A stretch of 64,000 nt of DNA from Marsupella aquatica (taxonomy: Eukaryota; Plantae; Marchantiophyta), in assembly GCA_973895155.1 (NCBI GenBank), contig OZ316893.1, positions 20,526,857 through 20,590,856 on the forward strand, in the 5' to 3' direction. Each line of letters opens with the position of its first letter. Positions within the stretch are counted from its first letter, which is position 1. Position numbers and translations under genes: made by a program. Below, piece after piece: positions 47,671 through 60,988 of this stretch. A model generated the notes under the pieces. That model saw only the letters and a list, made by a program, of their open reading frames with translations. It did not search any database and was not told where the DNA came from.

Positions 47671-50499
47671 GATGGTGGAATGCAATCTGGTCCCTCAAAC
47701 TTGGCAAAAGCCCACCCTGCCAGAAGTGAAGAAGAAAGGCAACCACCAACTGGAGGAGAATCGTGGTGCTACAGGAATGCTCCAAAGTTGATCAAGGGAA
47801 ACCGTCACCTCAAATTGGGGAGGAAACCTAATTGAGAGAGAGTACGGGTGAAATTGAAGAAAAAATGTGAAATCTAATCAAGGTCCAATTGGAGCAATAT
47901 GAGACCAATCGGACCGCTGTTGGGATCAATCTGAAGCTCTCGGAGAAGAGCTATCCAAAGCACTTGAGAAATCCGGAATCCGTGAAAGATGGACCAAGAT
48001 ATGACAGTCAAAAGGAAGGCAAAAATTGCAAAAACAACAACATAAAAACGTAAAAAACTAATAAGACTATAAGTATGTCGATACGGTTTTGTTTGTGACG
48101 TGTTTTATATTGATTTGATGCGCCTCGACAAGAGCAAGCTAATGCAACTGAGAAAACTGGATTCCGTGGAGAAATGAGTGCAGGAGGTTAGTCAAACTGG
48201 TGCAAAAAGAGTCTCTAGGGTTACTCCATAGCTAGAAAGCTTCAGTTGCAGGTGGAAAGCCTGCAAAATAATCTAGAGGAAAACAAGATTTTTACTCACA
48301 CATAAGATTCCTCAAGGAACAAAACCAGTTTCACTGATCAAATTATCCTCCATGATCTCCCAAAGTTGCTGTTAATTTGTAAGATATTCTCCTTCTTCTC
48401 TGAAAAATCCCAGAATTAACCCCCCATCCAACTTGGACCAATCACACTTCAATGTGGTGACAAAAATTCTACCTTGAGTCACAGCCACTTCTCGGTGCAA
48501 TCCAATGTAAAGTCATTGATTATACACAAGATCTAATATAAATCTCCTTGCAAAATAACATGTTATAATAACAGAAAGTGTTTGGCTGCCACAAGCCCCC
48601 ATTAGGCATAGGTAATGTCTTTCACTATTCTGAGTGAAAGTTTATGGTTCCAAATATTTGGTTCCAACAGGAAAGAGTGCAATGGATACAACTCCATCCC
48701 AAGAGCATTCCACTTATGAGATAACAAACAAAATGACAATTGCTCCCTTATATCTTTTCCAATAAGTATAGAGCTGTACTTGAGCATGAATCTTGCACCC
48801 ACATTAGGGGAATGCATGCAAAAGGATTGCTATGCAACAATTGACTACAAACTTCACATAAACTATTTACTCTCAGACAATTTAGGTAAATAGTGTGTGC
48901 TGCTAACCACTGCCACCATGGGTCAAAATAGTGTCACATGTTCTTCGAGGTATATGTTTGATGGGACCTCTGGCATAACTTTTTTACATGATAGGACCAT
49001 TTGACAGTATTGTTAACCAACTAGGACCCCTCTGCACTTTTGTGTCAGAAGTTCTTGTAGCAGTCTATACTGTGAGCAACAACAACTACTCTAAAATTTG
49101 GTCAATCGTGCCTCAACCACAAACTGCACGGTCAAACATAAGGCCCAAGAACGGTTGATAAATTGGGAGAACCGCAAAATAGTGTCCGCCACAACCTGAA
49201 CTGCAATGTGAGTGTGAAGACACCATGGTTAATGTTTCCGGTTTGAATTTATACAGTATCGGTTTTCAGTAGGTTAACTTTCTGCAAGCCACCCATGGTT
49301 TTTCCACGTCGTTTCTGATATTTCTTGGTGTGACAGTCCGTGCAAACACAGCAAAATTGATCTCACGCTCACAATGTAACATACTTCTCTCGATTATTTG
49401 TCTTACTTTATACTAGGCACAAACCTTTCAGGATGCAAACTAGCCATCCTATAATCATAACTTTTTGCTCACTCAAAATGCATTCAAATGATCAGGAAGA
49501 AAGGAAAGTCCAAATGGCATGGAAATCCACGACAAACTATGATTGCCCCTAAAACTGACAACATAGAAGCGACAATACCAAACCGTGATTGATCTGCACG
49601 ATAATGTCGTCACCAAACAACAACAAAAAACTGCATTAGTAAACTATATGAACTTGCATAGGGCTACCCTACCGCTGATAGACCCTAACCACAAACAAAA
49701 GTACACAACAACATGGTAAGCTGGGGCCAAAAACTATGTAATTCCTCCCTTTCAACGAACTTCTTGTACGGGTCATTAAGAGGGGTCCTAGTAGGTAACA
49801 AAACTTTCATAGGCGTCCTAGTAGATAACAATAGTTTCATAGGGGCTTATCACGTAAAAAGGCTATGCCAAGGGTCCCATCAAAGCATATACATTACTTC
49901 CACGTTCTTCTTATACAAGTGTCCATGTGACTAACTATATTGTTAGTCACCTAGGTTATTTCACAAAGATTTATGCAATTTATCAGAAAACCTACGTGTC
50001 AACCCAATTGTTCAGCACTTCCAGATTAAAGTCAATCATGAAAATGTGCAGACATCATCCCCCCACCCTTAGATTCCAATAGAGCAGGTCAATTTGAGTG
50101 AAACAAAATTTAATGCATGCATCCTCTTACATACAGGATTCATGAGAATGTGTAACCATGCATGCATCGATGACATCTAATAATCAATGCTAATCAATAG
50201 TATATTAAGATTTTGTAAAAGACTATGCCACCCCGTGCAGTCTCGATAGACCTAGATGTTGAGTCTACTTATCCAATGGCCTGGGTAAAGTCAATCGGTT
50301 GCCTTCAGAAAGACGTCCTACATTTTGTCAAAGAAGTCCCAATGAGTTTTAGCAGGTTCCTGGACTGGCCATAAGTTGTTGGTTTTTGGTCAAGTTTTGT
50401 CCATTTAATTATTAAAAATTTGAACTCAATTTTATTTATTTAGTTTTGAAACTCAAAGTTGACCCATCCAACAAAAGATAGACAATCAACTTCCCCGCA

Positions 50500-50760
50500 T
50501 GGGCCTTTGTAGGGTAGCTGACAAGGGGTCTTTCCCAAGGATTGCTCAGGGACCAGACCAAGAGGGAGAGAGGGTTGAACCAGAGCCCCAAAACTGACCA
50601 GCTAGGGGCTAAGGAGAAACCAGTACTCCCATCACTACACACAATCACACACACCTGGCCTCCACTAACCCTTGCATGTGGAGGGTGGATTGAACCTGGG
50701 ACCTCTCAGTTCTAGGCTAATCCCCTAGGCTAATCCCCTGGTCAAACCAATTGGGTCTTT
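50500..50760 (-). mobile_element. tRNA-derived SINE-like element (3' boundary approximate)
   Basis: Minus strand A-box-like gacccaattggt and B box GGTTCAATCC (50687-50696); 13-bp internal duplication ctaggctaatccc between them. Confidence 0.55.
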
Positions 50761-52819
50761 CAACTCAAACTTTTGCCAACATATTCTCTAATGTTAAGTT
50801 ATTACCTGACAAAGTCAGAACTGCTTTTTAGATTATTTGTTTCATTTCAGATGAGTACAAAGATGGTCAGAATGACACTCTACCAGAGATAGGATCTCAA
50901 AGGCAAAAAACCCAATAAGGGGGGGGGGGGGGATGAACTGATGGGAAGGCCAAAGAGCCAAGTATGAAGATCTTACCAAGTATGCATGTTGCCATTATTG
51001 TTTAGGTTGCTCACTTACAAAGAGAACACCATTTTGATAAAGCAAATGGGTTTGAAGCATGAAAAATGTGAGACCATGTAGTAACTATTGGGCTAAAAGA
51101 AATTCCAGGGGACACCCAAGGAAGCCAGATGATCACACAATGGCTGACTGCACATCTTGTTGATTGTACGATCATGCAGGATGATGTGCATTGACTATAT
51201 ATAGAGAGAGTTGAATCAACAAACCAGAACAATAAATATTTACTTCGTTGAATGAATGATATATTTGCTCAACTTTGCAAAGCTAGATTGTTAACAAATT
51301 GGTTGCATTGAGTGAATACCAGATTCAAATTGCATCCAAGGATATACCAAAAACAACATTTCAAACTGCTCGATTCTTTGTCAGTGTGTGAGGGTGTTGG
51401 ATTTGCTTTGGTCGCATGCTTGGTCTCTTTTGGCTTCTGAAATTTTGTGATAACAAGTTGCCTTTGAGGGTTCATTTAGGTGCTTACGCTACTGGCTCTA
51501 CTCTTTGGATATCCTTGTTGTTGCTGGCCTACCTTAGGAAATTGTACATTTAATGTGTGCTGCCCATTTTTGTCTGGGATCTTTCCCCAATCAGTGCAGT
51601 TTTTGCAGAATAGACTTATAACAAATAATGATATTTTGAATATCTGGTTATGTCATTTGATTTATCAATACTGGGATCCTCCATGTGCCTAGTGGTTGAC
51701 AGATCCCAAAGGCAAGAGACCCAGTACAGAATATGAATGAGTGAAAACTTGAGAAATCAAAGAGCCAAAAGGTCCAAGTCAGAGTCTCCTCTAATGGCAA
51801 AATTACTGAAGCCTGCTAAGCAAACTGAACCCCTATTGTGGGTTTGGCCATTTGTTCAATCACACTCTACTGGCTACATGCTCCCGTGCGTAGCGGTGAG
51901 CAAATACGGAGTAGGCTTTAGTTCTCTCTTTATTCAATTTGTTGAGAATATAATGATGGGAAAAGTATTAAGGGAATTGTGAAAAAGATTGGAAAGTCTG
52001 AAATAGGACCCTCTAGGCAAACTAAATAGAATCCTCTAGCCAACCCACTAACCCAGTGGAGAGTCTAGTCGTGCAGTGTAGGATGCACGTGCAGCAAGGG
52101 AGTCGCAATGCTTCATTGTTGCAAATGTTGGTTTTTGGCCACAAACAAATGGCCATAACCTTTTCACAAGGTTGTGTAAAAGTTTTTTTGTTTTTCATAA
52201 CTTTACACTCATGAGAATTTTTATGGCAAAAAGTTATTGATGACAAATTTGGTTTTTCTGTTTGTAATGTTAACTGCTAAGTTAAGGTATATCAAATATT
52301 GAGGTTTGAGACCCCATAATGTTGTATCTCAAGTAGAGTGCACTACATTGCTGTTATGGACTGCCCATCTCTAACTATGAAGCTAGCATCTCAAGTCCAA
52401 TTGTGTTGTGGGCTGCGGGGGCCATTCAATCTCTCTCCATCCAAAGCAAAGCTGATGGCCACCTCCATACACTATTATTATATGGCTGAGCCAAAATGTG
52501 TCAAGTCTGGAAATAATAAATACAATTCCTTGAAAAGAAGTGACCGCTTGCTCCATTTTTGTAGACCATCTCAAGATGAGGTCTAAGTTTTTGAGATAAA
52601 ACCATATGCACATCACCAAAAATAGGGACCCACACTAGCCCACTAACAGATGACTTTAATGTGTTTGTTTGATCGTGCCCCCAAGTTCATGTAAATCTAT
52701 TATCACATTTGAATGACTAGGATTACATCTCACACCTCGAAAAAATCTTGTAAAGCCGCCCCAAGGTTTAAGGTCTATCAAATTTTGACTTTTGAGAGCC
52801 CCTCTTGGCTCCTGTTGTA

Positions 52820-52960
52820 TCTCAAATCCAGTCCACTGCAGTGCTGTTGTGAGCCGCCCATCTCAAGTCAAGTCCACCTGCAGTGCTGTTGTGGGCCGCC
52901 CATCTCAAGTCCAGTCCACACTGCACAACACTACACCACTACAGTGCTGTTGTGGGCCGC
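52820..52960. repeat. ~40-bp tandem repeat x3
   Basis: cagtgctgttgtg(a/g)gccgc recurs three times with agtccac and catctcaagt. Confidence 0.75.
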
Positions 52961-54123
52961 AGAAGGGCCATCAAGCGAGCGAGCAAGCGAGAGAGCGATG
53001 TCACGATGTGGGAATTGACTGCCAGGCAAGCGCGCGAAGAAGCGCTTCGAGGCCGATTCGGTGGGCGCAGGACAGCGAAAACGAAACAACCGAGAATGAG
53101 CGAGATCGCCATTGCTGGTCCGGGCTAGGGCGGCGTGGAAGGAGGGGGATGGGAGGAAGAAGAATTCGGACATTTCAAATGAATGCCGGGCAAGGAAGGA
53201 TATGGATTGGCGGATGGAATAGGTCGGTACATTGGCTCGCAGATTGAATGATGCCTCTGGAGGTTGTGGTGGGGGATGGGACACTATCGGGTGGAATCTC
53301 TCCTTCCACGGGCATGGAATTTCGATTCATGGCCCAATTCTCGTAAGCGAGATGCATACACGAAACAGCACAATCATACAGATCGAAATTGATTGATCGA
53401 TTGATCGGCGTTTTGTCTGACGAAGGACATAGCTTCAGAGCCATGGATGTTTAGTTTGCAGGCGGCAGGACTTCCGGGGGGAGATGGACAATCGAGCAAG
53501 AGACCACCGGGGGTTAGGGTTTGGACAATCGGAATTTAGGCAGTACACTAATGGGAGAGGCGTTGAGCGACCAGTGACTACTACGAATGTGTGGCACCGT
53601 TAATTATCCAGAAGCATTCGAGGCGTTGAGGGATCAGCGACTACTGCACACCTGTAGCACCGTTAATTGTCCAAAACATTCTCAACTGACAGAGCGGCAG
53701 ACGATTGCGGAAATTGAGTTCAATATTTAAGCTGGCTAGGGGTGCACGAACGGATCACCAATGAGGGAGTTTTATATTCTGTTGCTTGGTCTGTGCGGGG
53801 AGGAGCTTGCACATAAACTGACATAATTACTCCCATATGATCGTAATGCCCTTGCCGTGAGTTGTCGAAGTCACGTCACGATTCAGTATCTACGCACGTT
53901 CTCTCATCAGTCAGTACTTAGTAGTTATCCGGCTGCTGCAGATCCCTCCGGTAGACCTGGCAGACAGCTTCGCCCACGAGACCGCAGTAGTCATTTTTTG
54001 CTGCTTCTCCGTGTTGCACTATTTGCCTTTAAGACAGTCTACCGTCTTGACCTACAGTATTTGTCTATCGGCCCTGTGATCTAGCCGATGAAGGATTGAG
54101 TGAGTGGATTGTAGACGGTAGAT

Positions 54124-54996
54124 ATGGCCACAGCATTGTCCTCGAGTATTCTGTGCCCGGGCAGGTTCTTAGGGCGGCAGCAGGGAGTGGATGAGCTTCT
54201 CCATCATGAATCGAGCTTCCTTTCTAGAGCTGTGGATCTCTCCAGTATTGCTCAAAAGCGCAGCAGCTCCTCGAATTTGCCCGTCACCTCGAGTGCCCCT
54301 GTAGCCGGAAGGCGGAGGGTCTCCGTGCCATTTCTTCGTTATGCTAACCATTCAGACCAGCGTCGCATGAAGAGTGTGCTCTGCTCGTCGAACATTTGCT
54401 GGCAAGACGCGTGTGTAAGTAAAGAGCAACGCCGGAAATTGCTCAAGCAGAAGGGATGCATTGTCTGGCTCACTGGGTTAAGCGGCTCCGGGAAGAGCAC
54501 CGTTGCATTCACTGTGGATCAGCTCCTGACGACCATGGGGAAGGTCAGCTATGTGCTAGATGGAGACAATCTTAGGCACGGGTTGTGTAAAAATTTAGGA
54601 TTTTCAGTTGCTGATCGGCAAGAGAACATGCGGAGGGTTGGAGAAACTGCCAAGCTCTTCGTGGAGGCCGGCCTAATCACCTGTGTGAGCCTCATCTCAC
54701 CATACAAGCGAGACAGGGATGCTGCTCGTGAGAAGGTTCGAACGGGGGAATTCATCGAAGTACATATGGATGTGCCTCTGGAGGTGTGTGAGCGACGAGA
54801 CTGCAAGGGCTTGTACAAGCTTGCACGTGCAGGCGTCATCACTGGGTTCACCGGTATTGATGATCCATACGAAGCTCCCGTGAACCCCGAAATCACTATA
54901 AAGGACAATGACGACCAAGGCGTTGCCATCTCTCCAGATGAGATGGCTTGGACCATCGTTAATTACCTCTCCGATAATGGATACCTAAGCTGCTAG
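54124..54996 (+). CDS. APK: Adenylyl-sulfate (APS) kinase with probable plastid transit peptide, intronless
   Basis: WLTGLSGSGKST P-loop, YVLDGDNLRHGL, RQENMRRVGE, SLISPY, KGLYKLARAG, FTGIDDPYE; Ser-rich N-terminal extension. Confidence 0.95.
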   Translation: MATALSSSILCPGRFLGRQQGVDELLHHESSFLSRAVDLSSIAQKRSSSSNLPVTSSAPVAGRRRVSVPFLRYANHSDQRRMKSVLCSSNICWQDACVSKEQRRKLLKQKGCIVWLTGLSGSGKSTVAFTVDQLLTTMGKVSYVLDGDNLRHGLCKNLGFSVADRQENMRRVGETAKLFVEAGLITCVSLISPYKRDRDAAREKVRTGEFIEVHMDVPLEVCERRDCKGLYKLARAGVITGFTGIDDPYEAPVNPEITIKDNDDQGVAISPDEMAWTIVNYLSDNGYLSC

Positions 54997-57867
54997 CTGC
55001 AGTAACATAGAATTTACAGAATGACACACCATGAGGACCAGGGGTTGTGGTTAGATATTATCTCATTCGTGTTATTTCAGCGCAGGTCAGATCAGCCCAT
55101 TGCTTGAAAATGCAACTGAAGAAAGGATCAAAAGATTGGCTTTCCTTGTGTTGTTGTTGAGCAATGGGCAGGACCAACGTTCTCCACTGCCTCCAAATTG
55201 ATTCTCAGTCCACCCATGTACAGCAGCAGCAGCTTCCTTCACTCTTGTATGCCCTGAATTAATAGGGGAATACACCCGCGCATGGGGTTGTAAGGGGCAG
55301 CTTCCTTCACTTTTGTAGGCAGTGAAAGAGGGGGAAACATGTCTCCATGCGTTGGGCTCTAGGGGGCAGGCTCTTCCTGTACTCCAGCCAGTGTGGTAGC
55401 TGTTCCTATTATTGAAAGCAAGCTCTAACCTTGGCGTGTGGAACGATATTTCGCTCAGCAGCAAAACCTTTACCCTCCCGCGTTGAACTGGCTGTTGAAT
55501 TCAAATGTGCAGACGAATTAGAGAGAAGGCTATACTGAGGTGAGAGTGCTCATCTCCCATGCTTCTCAATGCAACATTTGCTCTTCAGACAGTCGTGGGA
55601 GGGTTGACTTGAGAAGTAAATTGGCTATGACGAAGATGAAGAGGGAGGCTCGCAAACGGCGGATCTCAGACCTGCAAGTTTGAGTAGGTGGGTTCTTGCT
55701 CACCTAGATGAGCCAGGTGATTGGGCTCATTGTTTTGTACATTAATGTATTGAACTTACTTACGTTTATGGAATTGATATTGATCCTCAAAAGTGTTCAT
55801 TTTACATACCGCTTACGATCTAAGGATGGCATGACATTCTTACAGGGTTGTCCCATGTCTTGGTAGCATCTATATCACTCACATTGCACAGTTTGCTCTA
55901 CTTACATCAGAGATAATCTTCTAATTGAAACAGTATCTCTGTCTTCCAGGAATATGATTCCCATTGTCTTTAATACTTGGAGACTGGTGTGGACAGATAG
56001 AAAGTCTCGCATTAATTTCTGATTTTTGGATACCCAGGGCACAGGGCCGATGATGTACCCCTGCTTGATGTATGTTGTGGTCCTCTGATATCTTCATGCG
56101 ATGCTGGAAATACTCTACGGGAGTTGCTTGGTTGTACCTCAAGACAGACTAGCTTGCATGCAGTTTTGAAGACGGGAGTAACACCCTATCACTAATAATA
56201 TTCTTTGAATGTATATTGAGGCAATTAATGGACAACCCACTACCAACGAATCATAAGTCTGGCATGTGCGGGCCATTTCATCGAAGCAGGTCTGGACAAC
56301 AACACCAACGGAGGACAATTTTGACCACAGAAATGAAACCGAGCATAGCCTTAACTATGGCGTTGTGTACAGGAATATATCTGGTCAATACAATTCTCCC
56401 TTGAAGCAGTTGTACACAAATTACATACTAGCTCTATTAATTGACGAGCTCTACCAACAAAGCCCATTCGTTAGTAACAGATACGTAGCAAGAAAGTTTA
56501 CTTGAAGAACAAGTCAGTAAGAGCAACGCATACATAATGAAGAGATTCGTGCATGTATGTACTCTTGCAACTTTGAGCAATATTGATTGATTTGTCCTCA
56601 ACTGAATGGTGGTAACCTGGCGCCGTTCAATTTCTCCATAACTGAACGTAGACGTATTTTGCCACATGTAAGCCTGTCTATGAGATTCAGAGGAATCCTC
56701 AAACAAATATTTGGAAAATACATCTCGTGAAGTCATAAGAATGTCATCGTTCTCCTATGCAGCCTCTGTCGAATGTGATATGCTACCACTACTGGCATCC
56801 CATCCTTATAAAGCTCGTACATCTTCATCAACGGCATTGACTTAACTTCATATCTGTGGATTTTTGTCCAATCAAAAGCTCCACTTCGTGTGCCAACACC
56901 CCGCAAATTATCCGTCTGCAATACCGGGGACCATTGGATGGAGCTCCTGCTCCTGTACCTTCAACTACTGTATCTAGAAAGCAGGTAATAAGGCTGACAA
57001 ATTTGACATTCCATGCAAGTAAGTTTGCCTACGGGGGCAAAGAAGACATGATGTGACAAATGGACTAAGGAAATGACAGATTACCTTGTAATTTGTAATT
57101 GGTAATTGGCTAGCAGTAAGTTGACGCAGTGACAAACTTCGGTATGTACACAAGTCGTGGCGTATCAATGAGCTCTGTAAAGTTGTTTTGCGGTGGTCGC
57201 AATTATTAACCTGATGATTGAAATGTGTGGTCACCACCCAGAGGGGCGAGGACAAATACTTCATCAGCTTGAAATGTTAGTGCAGTTTTATGCAAAGCAA
57301 AGCTGCAAGTGCATCTTTTGTAAGATCCTGACTCTCGATTTTCCAGTACTGTAAGCCCCGACGAAAGATGGCCGTTCTCTTCTCTTTACATTTTTGTAGA
57401 TCCAATGGAAAGTGATATTCGAGCATATATAAAGTGTCAGTCCCTAAACACCCATATGCAGCAAAAAGGTGGGTGACAAGAGAAGGGGTCGGGTGAAGCC
57501 CTTTCTCAGCAATTAATCATTGCCACAGACATCCAAACGTCCACTCACCTTGAATGAATATGTGCCCAGTCTCTTTTACTTCTCAGCGATTTTTTGTTCA
57601 CGATAAAGAAAATTGAACTGTTTGCAGTTCTTCGCAATTAAAGACATGAAACGAGAACTTGATAAGTTTCAAACCTGGTTCAAGAAAACCAAAGGCCAAA
57701 CTCTAACCAATGTCCTTGGCTGAAAGAAATGAGGCCAGATTTTGTATGACTAGCAAACAAGGGCTCTTTTTCACCCGGCCTTCCCGTGACTAATAGTTAA
57801 TTGTCCCACAACAAGTAGTGTGCACTAATTGTATTAATAATATTTTTTGTGGTTGCATTATGGGATA

Positions 57868-58497
57868 CTAGCTCAATACCTGTGCGTTGCACAAAAGATG
57901 CGTTGCCTACCCTTCCCCCGCCAGGTCTGACACCCCCCCCGGAGAGGTTAAAAAGCCAGTTCCCCGGAGTGACCTTAGACAATCCCACGTTTCATCCTAG
58001 TGTGTCGAATCGGTCCGAGATAAAGATGTCAATGTGAGAAAAAATGACAAGAGTAGAAAAAATTATTGTGATGGTGTTCAATAAACCTTGTATTGTACAT
58101 AAGAATTGGAGACGCAAGATAATGACCATTGCATCATAGAGTCCAAGGACAACCAAGTGATAGATTTTTTTTTTGTTTTAAATTTTTAACAAAATAGATA
58201 TTTTTAATATTTTATTCAAGTTTTTTCAAAAATTTAAAGCTAATATCCGATTCTTCATAGTTTTAATATCGGATTATTCCAGTTTTAATAGTTAAAAAAT
58301 TAATCAAATTTCAAATAAATTTTCATCTTGGTTATGTTTGGGCAGGTTACAGGCAGTGGCAATTGAGATTAAAAGGGGTAACTATGGATAGATCTGATTG
58401 TGCAAGGAAAACAAATTTTTAATGAAGGTCTACGAGTGGTTTGCACTTTTTATTGAGTTTGTAAAGGGAAGCCTCCTTACCCTAGTGCATTGATAGA
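57868..58497 (-). mobile_element. Non-autonomous Helitron, copy 2
   Basis: Minus strand catcttttgtgcaacgcacaggtattgagCTAG|T matches the 3098 terminus; shares internal blocks with 1945-3098. Confidence 0.75.
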
Positions 58498-60988
58498 GGC
58501 CCTCTCCATTTCCTTTGTCATGTTGGATCCTTTCTTGCTTGGAACTGCACTTCATTTACATTTTGCACTAAAGTAAATGTTCTTTTTGTTTTCTTCTCTT
58601 TGGGTAGATTCTTTTATGTTGGTCATAACACTGCAAATTTGAATGTTTATAACGCTATAAAAAGGCACAACCTTGTATTATAGCTTTGATAATGCCCCGG
58701 AAAGGGGAGCTTTAGAACACGCCCTGGTCAAGATCTGGATCACTTATTTAGGAAGATTCTCTTTTTTTTTTACTAAAGTTGGAAAAAATAAAGTCCTCTC
58801 GGGCCATTAAGTAGTAATATTATTCCAGCAGCATAATAGATTAACAGGCAATAATAGCCCCTAAAAACTAGAGTTGAATGCACTGGTATTGAGTATATGC
58901 ACGTTTTACTTATGACAATAACAGAAATGAGCTGGACCCACAAGAAGACAAACCTCAAAATGACAAAAACAAGAAGGGGCACAAATGAACTCCAAATAAC
59001 ACAGAATCTTCTTTTTTGCAAGATTTGTTTTAGTCTTCATCTCCATTTACATTGAAAGGGTAATCACTCTACAGTAATTACTTTTATCCAGAAAGTTATT
59101 CACCTATAAATGTGGTTTTTGTGCATAACTTCTGTCCACAAGAGGTTACCCAGATATATTTATCAGGGCACAAGATTATGAGACCAGCCACATGAGTAGG
59201 AATGCATACACCTTTGCAAAAATTATGTGCACAGGAGTTATGGGTGTGTGGGTTGACCAGAACGATACAGTTCTAGTCCACTCCAACTAATTTTGTGCAA
59301 CTGCCATAGCTCAGAAAACCTCGAATTTATCTTTGCTTGGTTTCACTCAACCATTATTATCGCACATAGGTTTTCTGGATGAGAGATTGTGAGCTCATCA
59401 ACTTTACTACAGGTTCGGTTCAACTTCTCGTATTTGACGACGTTACATCAAATTGGAAACGACCCATCTGCAAATCTCTTCAGAGTCTGAATAATTTCGA
59501 TTGGATTGGAACGGGATTTGCGGTTCTTAAGCTCGTGAGTTCTCTGGCTTGAATCACAATTCTTGAGCGGAAGCTCAGACGTACATGGCAGCGTGGAAAT
59601 CGCATGAAATCGATCTTCAAGTTTAAGTTCCTGCGACGTCTAGACTCCCTCTTACATCTGTTGAAGCCAGATCTTAGCCTAAGGATCTTGCAATACGAAT
59701 CAGGAGTCCGACAGCATGCCGATTCAATGAGCACCTCATCTTCCAATTGGACCAGCGATGGAAGTTTCCTGGTCACTCGAAAACCTAGAAAGACAGAGAC
59801 AAAGCATGGTTACGCAATTTCGAATCCTCAAGGATCAACTGTATTTGTCACATGTTTCTCGTTTCCTCGTTTTGATCTAAAGGTCTCGAAAGCTCAATCT
59901 CAAGCTCTGTCTGGAGCAATGGCTAATTCCCTGTCAAATCGCACGCAAGAAGCTGCCGAACGGCTGCCCTGCCTGGACCGCTACCGGGCCTTTCGAGCCC
60001 TGCACACCAGCTCCTGTCGAGAAGCCACCGACTAATAGGACTCAGCCGCATACCGGAGTTTTGACGAATCAAAGTTTCGCGGGGAATTTTGAAGATATCG
60101 GCGAGTTATCTGCGGCAAAAGTAGGGTGTCTTTATGTGTCTTTATGAGAAATCCTTCTTCTCACGAAGACGTCGCGTCCACTTGGATGCCTTGGAAGCCT
60201 TGGAAGCCCGATTTCCGCTAGTTGGATGAGCATCACTGGAGGAGTGTTTGGAACGATACTCGAATTCTACCTTCCAGATATGATCGTATCTTCTTCTGCT
60301 AAAAAAATGTATGGTCAGTGCAGTTCCATGTGGGAACCTGAGTGGATGCAGCTCTCTATATAAAGACTCGGCCGATGCTACGGGTGGCGCCAAGCGAAGA
60401 GCAAGTGTCAGAAGAAAAACTCTCCGCGTGCGTTACTGCAATTAATATACGACTCAACGCTCCGGGGACACTATCGTCACAGTCAGGAAAATTGGCATAG
60501 GCTTGAATTAGGTCAAGGTCTACGGTAGTCTATCTGACAGCCAAGATTGACTTGCGAGGTCTTCCAAGATGAGACTCGTGCTGATTTCTCCTCCTACACA
60601 ATCATTTTGACCTCTTCAAATTTCATCCGTAGGCATACTCTTGTGTTGACTCCTCCCACGCAAAGTTGTGAAGGGCGGCTCCGTCCTGTACATCGACATG
60701 GTACATATCCGTTCTCTTCAGACCTGTCAAAGTTGCTCGTTGAGTTACAATCATTGATGAGTTGCTTGTTTCAGTTGCATTAAAGAGGGAGCTCCTTTGT
60801 TGAACACCAAGAATGACTTGCTGTGAGCGGGTTCCCAGGTACTCGAGAGGTCTGCAGTGCACCCTCTGACTGACACAAGACGTGAAACAGGTATGAGAGG
60901 GGCCTATGTCGTAACACTAACTCCCTTCGTGAACTCGAATCGACGCCACGGTCAATTTTGTTGATATCTATCCCCAATACCAATAGTC

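Larger units (their letters stand above)
30820..48246 (-). mobile_element. CRE-like non-LTR retrotransposon (RT + restriction-like endonuclease), ~4.4 kb excluding nested inserts, decayed
   Basis: Candidate TSD tgcaggtggaaa at 30808-30819 and 48247-48258; protein motifs on both sides of the nested insertion rejoin as PGEVT-LTALQDLH. Confidence 0.8.

Noticed and set aside
53555-53682. ~62-bp tandem duplication upstream of APK
   Set aside because: Two diverged copies only; ordinary local duplication with no evidence of function
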